A stretch of 64,000 nucleotides of DNA from Marsupella aquatica (lineage: Eukaryota > Plantae > Marchantiophyta), in assembly GCA_973895155.1 (NCBI GenBank), contig OZ316896.1, positions 22,091,722-22,155,721 on the forward strand, in the 5' to 3' direction. A program made the position numbers and the translations under genes. Below are positions 13,214-26,939 of this stretch, piece by piece. Position 1 is the first letter of the stretch; each line of letters opens with the position of its first letter. The notes under the pieces were generated by a model. That model saw only the letters and a program-made list of their open reading frames with translations. It was not told the DNA's origin and made no database searches.

Positions 13214-13749
13214 GCTTGGAACACCACCTTGACAACACCGTCTTCCAAATTGTCAATTGCTTCAGCCCTCCTCTGCTGCTGTTTTCCTCCGTTTGCCAAG
13301 AGGTGAAGATCTCGACACCTCGTAAAAGGAAGAGGAGGAGAGTGGACCACAGACCACTGATTAAAAAAGATAGAGAATCTAGTAGAGAATCATAGAGTCC
13401 CGAAACAATCCTCAAGATTGTTTCGATTGGCCTAGAGCTTTGGTCGGACTCGAAAAGGCTAAAGTGCCCAATAAACCAGCAGTTTCGTGACGTCACTCAC
13501 GCTCAGTAAACATAGGCAACAAAGGTCAATCGAATTTACCATGGACGCCGATAAGAACCTCTAGGCGTTGGTAGCACAGTTTGTTTGTTTTTATGCCTTA
13601 AGGTAGCACAGTCTCTTTATATTGGGTTCTAAAGCTTGCTCCAGAGAAATGGTTGCAAAAGGGACTCCAATTTGTATCATTAGCTTACAACTTGTGCCTA
13701 TCCAGGGAAATGGTTGCACAGAATCCGATTGGTAGGGTGCAGGTTTTTC

Positions 13750-13900
13750 TTTTTTTCCCTGACTCTTCTTGTGCTGGGCCTCTGCCTGGGTCCTTTGAGC
13801 CCTTTTGGTTGTCTGGTTGCCTTCCCTTGGTTGGGTCTTTGGCCCTTGAGTTCATGTTTCCCGGATGGGAGCCTTTTGGTTTTTGGCAGTTTAAAATATA
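13750..13900 (+). mobile_element. Probable LINE/SINE 3'-UTR-like remnant
   Basis: TGGGCC..GGGTCCTTTG..CCCTTTTGGTTG..CCCTTGG tract compositionally like the LINE 3' UTR. Similar minus-strand tracts lie at ~14330-14430 and ~49790-49930. Confidence 0.3.
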
Positions 13901-15053
13901 TAATTGAGTAAATTTGCCATGCTATTCCCATCAAAGTTATGGCCCCACAACACATTTGTCATTCTCACCTGCTCCCAAACTGGTAGGAGTACACCAGTTG
14001 ATATTCTGGAAGGTGACGATATGATTGAACCCCGCTTTAAGTGTGGCTGAGGACTTTCCAGCTTTTCCAGTTTCCAAGCTCAGATTTCTTAATTGGCATC
14101 TGGTGACTTTTTAACTTTACTGTGTCCCTTCTTGCCAGAGTTGATTGGGGGGGTGGGGGGTTATTGGGGTTAGTTTTCATATGCCACACGAGTCTTTTCT
14201 ATTTGAGATTGTTCTCTTTAAAAATAGTGGGCTTACTCATGCTATAGACAGGACATTTGCTAATGAGGCTAATGCCAGAGTTATATATCAAAGTGCCAAA
14301 AAGACATAAAAGAATGCCACATTGGGAGACCAGATCCCACAGGCAAAAAACCTCAATAAAGGGTGGGACAAGGGAAAGACCTTGAGAAGATCAAAGAGGG
14401 CCAACAAGTCAAGGAGTACCCCATAACAGCTAAAACTCCACTGCAAAACAGAGAACTAAAACTCTACTGAGCGAAAAACTGAAAAACCTGGTAGAGCTCT
14501 GAAATAAACTGCATAGGAGAGTCACCAAGGAGAGTCTATCAAGAGACCCTAAAACCAACTCCATGGACTCTATGAAGAAGCTTCTTAGCAATCTGGATCT
14601 GATTAGAGCATCTCAAACTTGCTCTCTCCCGGTTCTTTTCAGTAAGCCATTCTGACTAAGAAATCTATATCCGCAACTTAGACCAAAATTTAACTTTCGG
14701 GCAAACTTAATCCACTTTCAGGTTTGAGATGGGTTCAAACAAGTTGCCGCAGGTCAGCTAGGAGCCGACAACTGCAGAATGGTCACCTACAATTCTTGAA
14801 GGGCACATATGATTCTTGAAGGACGCAGACGCATGCCGCGCCAAGCAACTTTTTGTGTGAATTCCCATCAAAGAAATCACTCCCCTGAATGAGTTGGTTT
14901 GAGAGGCCCTATTAAGTGCTTTATTCATTATTTATATAATAATATGGTAGGTATGGTATGGTACTTTTCGCCATCTGAATATTTTGGGCGAATATTCAGG
15001 TGGTGGGTGATGACCATTCCTGATTCCTGTCAAAGAAAACCGGTGGCTGCTGG

Positions 15054-15364
15054 CCGTACCTTCAAAGCTCTTCAGTGCGGACCCGTCCTTCAAAGCTCTT
15101 CAGTGACGTCTCGTCCTTCAGTGAGGTCCCGTCCTTCAAAGCTCTGCAGTGAGGTCCCGTCCTTCAGTGAGGTCCCGTCCTTCAAAGCTAGTCAATGAGG
15201 TCCCGTCCTTCAAAGCTCGTCAGTGAGGTCCCGTCCTTCAAAGCTCGTCAGTGAGGTCCCGTCCTTCAGAGCTCTTCAGTGAGGTCCCGTCCTTCAAAGC
15301 TCTGCAGTGAGGTCCCGTCCTTCAAAGCTCTGCAGTGAGGTCCCGTCCTTTGAAGCTATGTAGT
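15054..15364. repeat. Minisatellite, ~28-bp unit (CAGTGAGGTCCCGTCCTTCAAAGCTCTG) with shorter variants, about 11 copies
   Basis: Directly visible head-to-tail repeats without unique spacers, in the divergent PHO1-RPE intergenic region. Confidence 0.95.
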
Positions 15365-15808
15365 GAGTGTACTGACCCACTGCACGAAGATTGGCCTGGA
15401 AGAAGTTACTGAGTACTGCTTTGTAGTTGCCTGTAGATACGATTACCCAACGATTCGCGTTGGCGAAGCGATAGAGGAACAGATTTGGAGAGAGATAGAG
15501 AGAGAGAAAGAGGGAGAGAGGAGGAGGAGTGCAGCGAAACATTCGGGAATCCATACGGTGAGCGTCGCTGTGGACAGAAATTGCACTCAAAGCGGGGCAA
15601 CTGAGAGAGAGAATTCTTGGCGGAAAGCGCAGACTGAGGGAGGCGGACCGATTGATTGATTGATTGATTGTTTGGGTGGGGAAAAAATTGGGAACCCATT
15701 TTTTCTGACGAGAGAGTTTTCCCCGTCTCTTAAACTGTGACCTTGAGTGATTGCGTGGGGAATTCCTTGCTCTGCTGCTGCGAATCGAAGTTGAGAGGAC
15801 CAGCGAAA

Positions 15809-18259
15809 ATGGGGGAAGATGCAGCTGGGCCGAAACCCAAAATTGCGCCATCGATGCTTTCATCGGATTTCGCGAATTTGGCCTCCGAAGCCAAGTTCAT
15901 GCAGCAGTGCGGCGCCGATTGGCTTCACATGGACATTATGGTAAGACATCCTCTGTGTCGTCGTCATTTGGCTGCCTGATGCTTGCTTTCGGTCTCTCGC
16001 TCTGTGAATGCTCGTCGATGGATTTCTTCTCATCTTTTGTCAGAAATTTTACTGAGGAGAATTCAGATGAGTAGCATATTAGTTATGCATGTCCCAAATT
16101 GAAAACTGTCCGATATTGTTTTTCCCTTTTAGTTTTGAATTGCTTGTAGAACTGATCAATATCGTTTGGACTCTGATTTTGCAGGACGGGTAAGGAATTG
16201 ACAGTTGTTTGGGGTGAACAATCCCGCCAGTGCTCAGCAATTAGTCGTTAGTATTCTATGAACCTATGTGAATCTAGTCTCTGGAGAGTTTTCTGGTGAA
16301 GTGAAACTGCATGTTCCTTCCATTATAGTGAACTCTCTGTTCTTCATTTATAAGTGGCTGAAGGGTATTGCTCTTTGAAATAGTCATAAAATCTACTGTT
16401 TTGTGATGTTCTGAGAAGCACTTATTGCTTCTGATAGAAAGTATTTGTGTATTCACTGTTCTGAGGCAGGCACTTTGTCCCAAACCTGACAATTGGCGAG
16501 CCAGTAATCAAGTCTCTGCGCAAGCATACTAAGTAAGTGCATGTTCAACCTGATTTATAGCTCGCTCCGAGTATCTTGCGACTGAGTTTTTCAAATGTCG
16601 AAATGAAACTAGATCAAAATTTTCTTGATTTGCCTGACGAACAATAAACTTGAGTTATCGATTCCCATCGCTGGGTTTTCTTTTCGGTGAATTAGATGTC
16701 TTCTGGATTTGTGGATGGCAGCGCTTTCCTTGATTGTCACCTGATGGTTACCAATCCATCAGACTATGTGGAATCATTTGCAAAGGCAGGGGCATCTTCG
16801 TTCACATTTCACCTCGAGGCAGCTCGAGGTACGGCCATATATTTCGTAAATTTGGAATGGTTATTTGGATCTCACCATTGTAGCTACAATTATGAGATTT
16901 TTAATGTGTTATTTCTTTAGTTTTCTTAGATAGATGACGGCAGTTTGTTCTGGAGAGCAGGCACAAGAGTACTTTCCAAATTTAAGTTGTTGATCTGTAA
17001 GCGTACGTTGTTGATCAATTTATGTAGGGTTTTAGGAAATTAGGAACAAGTGCTGACCTGTTGTGTTTGTTTTTTTGTTTATTCGCTGTGGCTTATGTCG
17101 AACAGATAACTGGAAGGATTTGATAAGGAGCATCAAAGCAGCTGGAATGAAAGCAGCGGTGGCATTGAAACCTGGCACTCCAGTTGAAGAAGTTTACCCT
17201 CTTGTGAGTATTGCTACCTTGAAGAAGTTATTCGTATTTTACTGCTGGAAATTCTCTGCAGAAACACGATGGTAGAACAATTCTCCAACGCTAATTTTTG
17301 GTTTGAATTCAGGTGGAATCAGAGGATGGAGTGGACATGGTTCTAGTCATGACGGTAGAGCCAGGGTTTGGGGGGCAGAAATTCATGCCGAACATGATGC
17401 CAAAGGTTTGCTGAAACATTCTCTAACAGCATTCATACAGAAGTTACAGAGAAGTCCCAGTTTGATTAAAAGGTTTTAGGTATATATTCATTTCTACGCA
17501 GTTTTCAATATTCCGACTTGGCTTGGCAGCATCCAAAACGCGCTCTTCTGAATTGTGTTTTGGTTCTGGCACAGGTGAAAGAACTTCGAAGCAAATACCC
17601 GCATTTGGATATTCAGGTATTTCGTCTATGGCTGCATACTCTAGAAACTTGACCTTGAAACACCAGTGGAGATGACATTGTGAAGTACTGTTTTATGTCT
17701 TTGAGTCCACCTGCTTTTGTAACTAAACATGAAGGAGACAGGCTACTCTCCCAACCTAGACCATCAATGTGCTATAGTGATTTAGAATTTGTCCACTAGA
17801 GAAGGCTGAGGAACGCTCTGTTATTGTTTAGAGTGATGCTCATGTTCCCGCTTCTCATAGAAATACTTTAGGTGAGAATTGAAAGTACACCAAAATAACC
17901 TTAAGATAGTCTACCGTTAATGTCTTATCTTGTGCACCTATAGAGTTTACAGCATGACTAACTACGCTCAATAGATTTTGGAAAGATCTTAAGCTTTGTT
18001 AATCTTCTCTTGCACGTTGATGGGGGGCTTGCACCCTCAAGACTAACTACGCTCAGTAGATTTTTGAAAGATCATAATCTTGCTTAATTTTTCCTTGCAG
18101 GTTGATGGAGGTCTTGCACCCTCAACAATTGATGAGGCAGCTGGTGCTGGAGCCAATGTGGTGGTAGCAGGTAGTTCTGTGTTTGGAAACAAGGATCCAG
18201 CTAACGTGATCGATGTTTTAAGGAGCAGCATTCTGAAGGCTCAAGCCTCTCAAGCTTGA
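15809..18259 (+). CDS. RPE: Ribulose-phosphate 3-epimerase, cytosolic type; exons 15809-15940, 16185-16189, 16470-16532, 16722-16828, 17106-17203, 17313-17405, 17575-17616, 18101-18259
   Basis: The spliced frame reads [21 protein letters not shown]|DG|[36 protein letters not shown]|VDGG..VAGSSVF. All introns are GT-AG and phases are consistent. No transit peptide. Confidence 0.95.
17959..18126 (+). repeat. ~85-bp tandem duplication spanning the last RPE intron/exon boundary
   Basis: TAACTACGCTCA..GATTTT..GAAAGATC..TTGCA(C/G)GTTGATGG..CTTGCACCCTCAA occurs twice. The first copy has CAC where the second has the functional CAG acceptor. Confidence 0.85.
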
Positions 18260-20778
18260 ACAATTTGAGGACAAAGTTTTGAACCGCGTCACTCCGAGAG
18301 CATTCTATTAGAAGCAAGGATACATCATCATATCCATAAGATGAGGCAGGCGTTTCAGGAGCTTAGGCAGTACTACTTTTGCCTTCGAATGCCCACTTTG
18401 GCTTCGTTGTAGTTTAATGCAATCAAACAGTACGAGTTATTCATGCGACTAATAATCTCCGGAGTTCGTAGCTCCAGAGGAAGTATGCGCCAGAGAAGGA
18501 GGCCGCAGAGTGACAGGTCCTTGAGGACTCCCGTTGTCTTGAATAGGTATGCGGGACAGTGCAAGGCCTTAAGATGGAGCAATAATATTCGTTTGCTCTC
18601 TTTGTTCGTGATATAGTGGTATTCTCTTTTGATGTCCTTGTTATTGAGAAAGAGGAGGTACTTCCAATATTTTGATCTTAAAATGGAGATCGCCGTCAAA
18701 TTTAACTATGTCGTTTCGGCCGTGAAATTGTTAGCCGAGTAATCGTAGTTTAGGGTAGATCAGGCGGCCCAAACAAGCAAGCTGGATTTTACAATGCACA
18801 ATTAAAATTTACTAGGGACGTTATGAATTTCGTCTTGGATTCAGATGCATGAGTTATTAGATCCAGTTTCTTGTTTTACTCGTGCAGCAGCAGGTTGTGC
18901 TGATTCTGCTGAATATTCTGACTGAGAAGGGGTTTGGTTCAGTGAGAATCCATTTGCTGAAGTGATAGAGTTTGACTAAGAAGTAATAGATCAGTAATCA
19001 CACATGAAACTGCACTTTATGTACCATTGGCCGTCATCACAGAGATAGGAAGTCCTTTTTTACTCACGTTATCAAGTGTTGCTGTTGGATGATGCAACTG
19101 CCTGATCCAATACTTCAATACGAAGTTGAATTCTTAATTTTTTCCTTCAATGAAAGTCATTAACAACTTTCCCTGATCTAGACGTGTGACCTCCTCGACA
19201 ATAAAACATTATTATCAATTCTTGCGTGTACTTCTGAAACTGAAGTTAACTCGTGTTACACGGACCATTGGATCCACCGCCTAGCGACTATTCAAGTTCT
19301 GCATAAATATGTAACCTGGAACTCACTCTTTCCAGCAATCCTTACAATGATATTAATCGCGCTGACTCAGTACACGGCGACCTTAATTGTACCTTGTAGG
19401 ACTGCACGCCCTTGTTTTCCAGCACTCATCTACTTACGTAGAATGGACGTGTGATCATGATACACCTATTGTAGGCTGAGGGCCCTGCAAATCGGTAACA
19501 CTCCTGGAGATCGACAACAAGGTACGGTATCGTAGGGGAAACCCAAAAGAAGATCCAGGTCTTCTGCCCGAGGGTTCTCGGCCTTGCTACGTGACGCATA
19601 CGAGTAATTTCTCACGTAGTGTTTTATATGCCCACATCTAACAAAAGCTACCTTCATCTCGGCAAACTCTTGGGGCCCCAATTATACCTCACCCCAACCC
19701 ATTTTCAGTCATAGCCTATACACAATCTTATAACACAGCCTCTATTTGTCGTTGACGCTAATCAGAAATTCGAAACGAAGCTCTTTTTCTAGGACAACCT
19801 CGACATCAAGCCAAAGAGGTCAACAACGAAATGCGCTAAAAACAACGACTGCTAAGCAAGGAAATGAGATAATATAAGACACCAGAGGAGCTCTCCTGTA
19901 GTACAGCTACATCTCTGTGTCATTCAAAACAAGTCGGACCCGATAGGAGAGATCTGAAGTGACTGTGTGCATGGTGATCACGCAGGTAGTGTATTCCATC
20001 GACAGGATGCGGAGCGCTGATATATTTGATGCGCCCCATAGATTGGAAGTACAGTAACCACATCGGTAAGAGTCATTTACAATCACTATCCCCCGGTTCA
20101 CAAGAACTGTGCTGGATACCATTGCCACATGACTACGGCTGTATTGTGTACTTCATCACGTGCTATTTTGATGACCGTATTCTTTACCAGTGCGTCAAAA
20201 CAGACGTCATGGACACCAAAGACAGAAATTAAGCTGGTCTAATCACGACTTTCAGATGCTTAAAACAGTCGAGTCCGCGTGACTAGAAGCCGACGATCAA
20301 TGTAAACTTCACATATGTGGAAATACCCTTCGTATCCAGTAAGGGGATGTGATCTCAACTCCATGTCAGGTCACCTGCATGAGCATAAACTGTTGGAAGA
20401 TTGTGTGACAGTGAGACCCCGTGCAATATCTCGACACAACAATTTATCTAGATTCGTGATTCAACCGAACTAAATGAGTGTGGATTCGTGATGCGAGTAC
20501 GATCTAGAAGGGACCTCCGTTGATGAACCAGAATCAACTTGACTAAACGCCGGCATCAGCGGTTGCTCGACTGGATTGGGTTATCACACAAGAATTTATA
20601 GAATATGTAAATTGGAAACCTTTTTCCGAGGAAACAAGTCTTCTCATCAAACTCAGTATGAAAATCTAGCTTTAGCAACAGACAATTCCATCCTCAATTG
20701 CAATAGCAGACATTTACTAATCTCACCTCCAGTAAGCACATTTGAGGCAGATTGCAAGTAGCTTCACGAGAATGAGTC

Positions 20779-23700
20779 TCAAGGATTGAAGTGTGACCAA
20801 AGTTTGATTGTTCTATCATATGATACAGTCGCGATGTATTGCCCATCTGCAGTATTTGAAAGGAACAAAACAATGTTACAGACCAATCAACTCCAACACT
20901 GAAATATAACTGAATCGACGGCGCTATGGTCAACTTTGACAATTCAGTCCACAACCAACGCAGCTAATACAACTTCACAAAAAACTACAACGATGAACAT
21001 ACCTTCCATAACATCCAGTCCCATAATTTTTCCTTCATGCCCAGCTAGCGTCTTCACAGCTTTGAAGTCTTTTCCTGACCATATCTGAAAGGTCCGATAA
21101 AAGATCGAAAGTGACTTAAGTTGACCAATAAAATATTCTGAAAAGAAATCATATTCCAGCATTTTCAACTGTTGATATTTAAGCAAAAATCGAATTGTCA
21201 TTTTTTTTGGACTGAACGCTACTGTGCTTAATGATAAGAATTGACGACAGTAGAAATTGCAAGTTTTAGCATGACACTGAGAACAAAAGAGTAGGTTGGA
21301 AGAATATTGTTTCTTACCCGTGTAGTATTGTCATAAGAGCCCGTCGCAAGGAAGTAACCCTCTGAAGGCTCGAACTTCACTTGAGATATAATTGACGAGT
21401 GTGCAGGAATAATGTACAGACACTTCTTCTTCCGCAAGTCCCAAATCCTGCAGGTGTGATCTTCACTACCGGTTGCTAAATGGTACCCATTAGGAGAAAA
21501 GTCAATTCCCAAGACCTGCAAAGCATTAAACAGATAACTCAGAAAATAGAGCTGGCAAGGCCTCCACACTATATTTCTCACACTACCGACAAGTTAGACG
21601 CTGGAATGAGTTCCAAATCGATACTAAGGAACACCATCTTAAGCAAAGGTGGCACAACACTAACTAAATATGAAGGAAAACGAAGCCTATCGAACAGAAT
21701 CAATCAGAAATATTTGAACAATGATAATACAATCCACGGACCGAACAACCACAATGCCGTCACATGATCAATTTTGCACCTTCACATTCAATGACTCAAA
21801 TAGGTGCATAAGGAAATTTCCTTGCATGAAATACACAACTTGCATTTCTAGCACAGTGCAAGACAACCAGAAAATATGCATCGTGGAGGCTGTCGGAGGG
21901 TAGTGTAACTTACTGGTTTTACATGGCCTTCCAACGCTAGTATACTCCTGCCTGTTCGCAAATCCCAGACACGGGACAAAGCATCTAGCCCACAGGAAGC
22001 AGCTAGAGCTCCATCCTGTTGGAAAGCGATCCCATATACAGCGCGACTATGGCCCTCTTGGAGAAGGAGTTCAATCCCCGTGTTGACATCCCACAATCTC
22101 CAAGTTTTGTCGAAACTAGCAGTTCCCAGGTAGGCACCAGAAGGGTGAAACGCAACCCTGGCCAGCCGATCTAAGTGACCCTCAAAAGTCCTCAATTTTG
22201 CACCCTCAAGACTCCATACAATCGCAGTTTTATCAGCAGAGCCAGTAGCAAGATTCGCAGCCGAGGCCGAATTGCTTCTGCAAGCCTCGGGATGAAAAGC
22301 CACACCGGTGACTCTCTCTGTATGCCCTTTGAGTACTGCTGTCCTTTTCACTGCAGGTATCTCCCAGATTTTCGTATTCCCACTCCAAGAACTGAGGTCA
22401 AACAAGAAGGAAATTCAATTCACTCTTAATAATGAGCGTTTCTACTCGATAGCAAGTCTATTTTTCAAAGATACTTCGGCATCACAAAATATTTGACAAC
22501 AGCCTAAATAGGGTGAACAGTCTTCCGAGGAAAACAGAGCAACGTGAGCAATGACAAGTAGAGGAGAGAGCAGAAAACACGGGTACAACTGAAATGCTTG
22601 AATCAGAGTCCCAACCACCCGAAACCCGGAACCCTTTAGCCTATATCTCTTACAAACGAAATAGTTCTAAAGTTATGTGTTGCTCACAAACTGAAATAGT
22701 TCTAGGTTGCAGAATTTAAGGGAGAGAACATAGTGGGAACAAGTGCAATCTCCCTTATGACACTACATCTGGAGATGGGGGTTATGGTAGTCAATTTAAA
22801 AGTGAATTGAGCAAAAAGACAGCACCATTAGATTTTATTAGATTCAGACCACAATCTGTCATCTATTGCATATGGAGCAGGGGAAACGTAATCGACAGTA
22901 CCTGGTGGCTAGTAGCTGGCCGCAAGGAGATAGGGCACATCCTGAGAGAGGCCGCTCGTCTCCAATTTCGCTACATTCCATAGAAGTTTGAGACATCGCA
23001 TGTAAAACCTCATCAAACTCTGCATCCTCATCCTCATCAGCATCCTCTCGCTTCCTCTTAGCAGCAGCAATTCGATTCCCACTCCGGGGGAGCGAGTATC
23101 TCAAGATCGACGTACGGGCTTTCAGTAGCTCATTACTACCCTCAGTGTAGAACAATTGATATGGCTCTGGTTCATCCACTTCTTCAGCCCCCTCCAAATC
23201 CTCCCCCGCTGCTGAAGCTTCTCCTCCAACAGGTTCTTGCGCCTGAAGCAGCTTCTCCAGCTCTCCATCTGCATCCAGCCTTGCCATGACAGCACGGAGA
23301 CGGTCCCTCCTCTCCATCTCCCTCTCTCCAAAGAGAGTAATCGGCTGCTGCAGGCTGCGGAGGCGAGAACGCACAGCTCCATCATTGGTGGGGACTGCCA
23401 GGGCATTGGCGCGTCTGCGCATCAGCAATTGTTGCACCTTCTCCTCGTGTCTCTTTTGCGCTTTCTTGCTCTCTTCGGACACCTCATACTCATGCATAGC
23501 AGCATCTGTTCCGTGGGGACTGCCATGGGGGCTACTGCTGCTGTCATGTTGGTGATGGTGGTCCTCAACATCAGCCATAACCTCGTCTCCAGCCTCATGT
23601 TCCCGCCTCGGTTGTGGAGGCACCACGACCACTCCTGGCGGTAGGGCGGCCGAGGATGATGAATCTCCATAGATATGAGTTGGTGGTGGTAGTCCTGCTG

Positions 23701-23785
23701 CTGCTGCTGCTGCCACCGGCTCTGCCATGATCACCGAAGAGCTGGGTTGATGAGGCGGTGCTAGCGCACCGGGTGGATGCTCCAT
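20779..23785 (-). CDS. PRP4: U4/U6 snRNP PRP4-like WD40 protein (LACHESIS/PRPF4-like); exons 23785-22902, 22391-21914, 21515-21318, 21084-21003, 20846-20779
   Basis: PRP4/SFM motif (AVPTNDGAVRSRLRSLQQPITLFGEREMERRDRLR), then YTEG, SEIGDERP and WD40 repeats (GHTERVTGVAFHP, GHLDRLARVAFHPSG, QEGHSR, GHVKP, GHEGK, SYDRTIKLW). GT-AG introns are in phase. Confidence 0.93.
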
Positions 23786-24145
23786 TGCTGATTCTCTCCC
23801 TCTCTCTCCCACAATCTCTCCCTTCCCTTCGTCCAAGCTGGTGATGGTAGGTCTAGAGCAGCTTGGCCCTAAACCCCTGGGGAGATAAAAATCTGGTGCC
23901 CACAGAAATGCAAGAGCTCAATGAAAAGCACGGGGATGTGAGACCAAACACCTTAAAGGACGGTCCCAAAAGACGCTCGACCTAAAACCCACATTCACAT
24001 TCACGCATGCTCTACCACAAATAAATCTTCTGACATTGGAAAGTCTGTTCGTTCCAACATATGAACCGACCTGGTCGAGAATCATGAACACTTCATGAAA
24101 CGCGGAGGTCTGAATTGAACAGACTCGTCTCGGGTGGTCATGTCC

Positions 24146-24206
24146 AGCAACGATAGAATGCGTACTTACAAAGCAACGATAGAATGCGTACTTACAAAGC
24201 AACGAT
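24146..24206. repeat. 26-bp tandem repeat (AGCAACGATAGAATGCGTACTTACAA) x2.3 upstream of the PRP4 CDS
   Basis: Exact duplication visible. Confidence 0.9.
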
Positions 24207-25654
24207 TGTCGACATGAACAATTCTGCAATGTCCGAGATCTTTCAGGTTTTTCGTCTGTCAGGGAGAAGTCAACAAAACAGGGAAGGTGCAATACTGACC
24301 TACAGAATTCCACGACCGTTTCTCTGTGTCTCGGAGCAGATTCTGCGGCACAAGGTCAAATCCATCAATCCAGGGGGCTCGATGAGGCGGTCTTCAATCA
24401 CTCGAATTGCTGCTGGAAACGAATGCAGAAACTAAATCTTGGACACTCCGAATGCAGAGTCGAAAATTGAAGGAATGGTAGGTTTTGTGTGTTGAACGTA
24501 AGATGTGTAAGTAGTGCTGTAAATAGTGTAATGAGTAGTTTCCTCACTTATTTCCTTGCCTCGCCACATTTCCATTCCTCTACACATACCCTTGCATCAC
24601 AAGGTGCCTCAACAATTCCTTGCCTCACCTTCACAATTTTAATGTAACTCACAAGCATAGGGCTTGTTATGGGCTTGTTCAAATATGACATTAATAATAA
24701 ATGATTGTAATATATTAGCATTTTGCAAAATTTTGATTTATTTGTCCACATAAAAAAACGGATAGCTATGTTTGATTAAATGTTTTTCTGATGACAATGA
24801 AGCAACCTCATTGAATGATTTACATATGTCATGGCTGATCAGACCATGGATTATGCATTTAAGTCTGAAGAATTTTTGCACATTAATATAACCGTATACT
24901 TTAGTGCACTAAGACAGTATTTTTTTCTTGTAACAATGCATTCCTTATTGGACCCGACCATAGATTATGCATGTCCAATTATAGGCTGTGTACATTAGGA
25001 TTGTCCACATGAAGACAAACACATGACAGACCAGACATTAATGGTCCTTTGGTAGATTTGAGTGTCTAACTTAGTAATAATCAACTTATTTTAATCAAAA
25101 ATTAATCAATCCAAAATTAGACTAATTATCCGGTTTATCTGAATAGGAGTTCTTCATTCTGCATCCTCACGCTTTGAGCAACTCGTTCAAGAATGTGGAT
25201 GGATGACTTCAAATCTGGGTAAATGACATTGCATTAAGCACTGATATTGGAACAACTTCTGTACATATCGCTGATTATTGACAAACTTATTTTTCTTACA
25301 CACCCCATCAGATATTCCTAGGTTCAATTTTTAGCGGGTACGTGTTATTGATAGTTTCAACACAGGCACTGCTGAGAAGAGCAAAAGAAACTATTCATAT
25401 CAGCTGACTCTTTCTGGACCTTAACTTCCATTCTACCTTAGAGGGACCCATTGGTCTTTCTAGTACATCCATTAACGATGACCTTGCTTGATCGTGCTTC
25501 AATTCACAGCTCACTAGATGCTCATTTTTGTTGAGATAACTAATAAGGGGTGCATCAAATTAGCCACTCTGTTTTTCATGCATGTACTAAGCACATCGAG
25601 GGCAAGCAACACTTCATTCTTGACAGGTGCCAGTCTTGACAGGTGCTAGACTGA

Positions 25655-25985
25655 GGGGGCAAATTACACTATGAGTGGAACCCTTACCTGCATTCTCAAT
25701 ACACAGTTTAGATAGAGATGGTTTGTAACAGGAGTAAGCTTGCAACAACATTTGCTCTGTCTGGTAATAGAGATAAATTCTATTAGGGTCTGTAACATGC
25801 ATTCAATTCTCAACAGACAGTTTAGATAGAGTGAAAGGGTGCTAGAGGGGGGAATTACACTCAATAAGTAAAACCCTTACCTGCGTTCTCAATAGACACT
25901 TTAGATAGAGATGGTTTGTAAGAGGAGTAAGCTTGTAACAACATTTGTTCTTTCTTGTAACAGGGAGCAATTCTATTAGGTCTCT
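25655..25985. repeat. Diverged ~190-bp tandem duplication
   Basis: AATTACACT..ACCCTTACCTGC.TTCTCAATA.ACA.TTTAGATAGAGATGGTTTGTAA.AGGAGTAAGCTTG.AACAACATTTG..AATTCTATTAGGGTCT occurs twice. Confidence 0.85.
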
Positions 25986-26939
25986 AGGTTGCTGGTGAAT
26001 GCGGACCACAACGTCTTTGTTGATGCTGGTGACTTTAACTCTCACAACTTGTGAAAAGCTTAATTTCCAGTGCAACTTGGGAACGAACCTCAGTCTTGAA
26101 AAGTGTCGTGCTTCCTCTCGGCCCATTGAACTACCAGTCTATTTAACCTCCATCATCTAAGTATGAATTACCAGTCTAACCTCATCATCTAGTCGTCCTC
26201 TTCATACGTCCCCTCGTGGGGACGTAAGAATTCTTGACGTGACCTCTCAGTGTCTGTGCTCGAGACTGCAAAATTCTTCAGAATGATGTGCTCTATCGAG
26301 ATTTCAATTGGTAAGTCACCGGTGGGGCTAATTGTAGAGTTGTTTCAGAACTAGCAGATGGATCTTCCGCCTTTGGTTCAGTGTTAATAAAAAATTAAGC
26401 CTCGAAAAACAGCAGAAGTGTGCTCGATTTCAACGACGATTTCAGAGTTGCGTCCACAGGACTCGCCTTTATGAAGGTGTGTTTTCGGAAAGACTATTCA
26501 TGATTGCTCTGTACTAAACCTTGACCCAGTATTTCAGGCGAAATCTGCGAAAGCTTGTACTTGGAAACAATTTCGCTCATTATATAACAACGCAAAACGA
26601 AAGGAATTAGTTCCGCTAAATCCGGAACTAATTCCACAGTATGGAGTGTTGACAGGAGGAAAGGCTTTCAAATCATGGCAATGACATCTATAGAGTATCA
26701 GATTGACAGTCTGCCTATCATCGATTGAGACTAGAATTGGCTCAAACAAACCATCTCGAATTGTACAAAGTAATTACACAGCTCCCACCCCGCAGCATCA
26801 TCACATGTGGAATCAATTTCTGCTCTTGCAAGTGTTACATCTTCGAAATCGTGAGCAGCACTACCGGTGCCAGACTTCTCGTGGTGGCAGTTACCATCAA
26901 ACAGGGAGCAATATGGACGGTGCCGTCGAAATAGTCCAG

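Noticed and set aside
15054-15364. CRISPR-like array
   Set aside because: Units are head-to-tail with no unique spacers, there are no cas genes, and the context is eukaryotic.
4409-18259. Carbohydrate-metabolism gene cluster (transporter, PHO1, RPE)
   Set aside because: The products act in different compartments (plastid PHO1, cytosolic RPE), the transporter looks broken, and there is no evidence of co-regulation. Adjacency may be chance.
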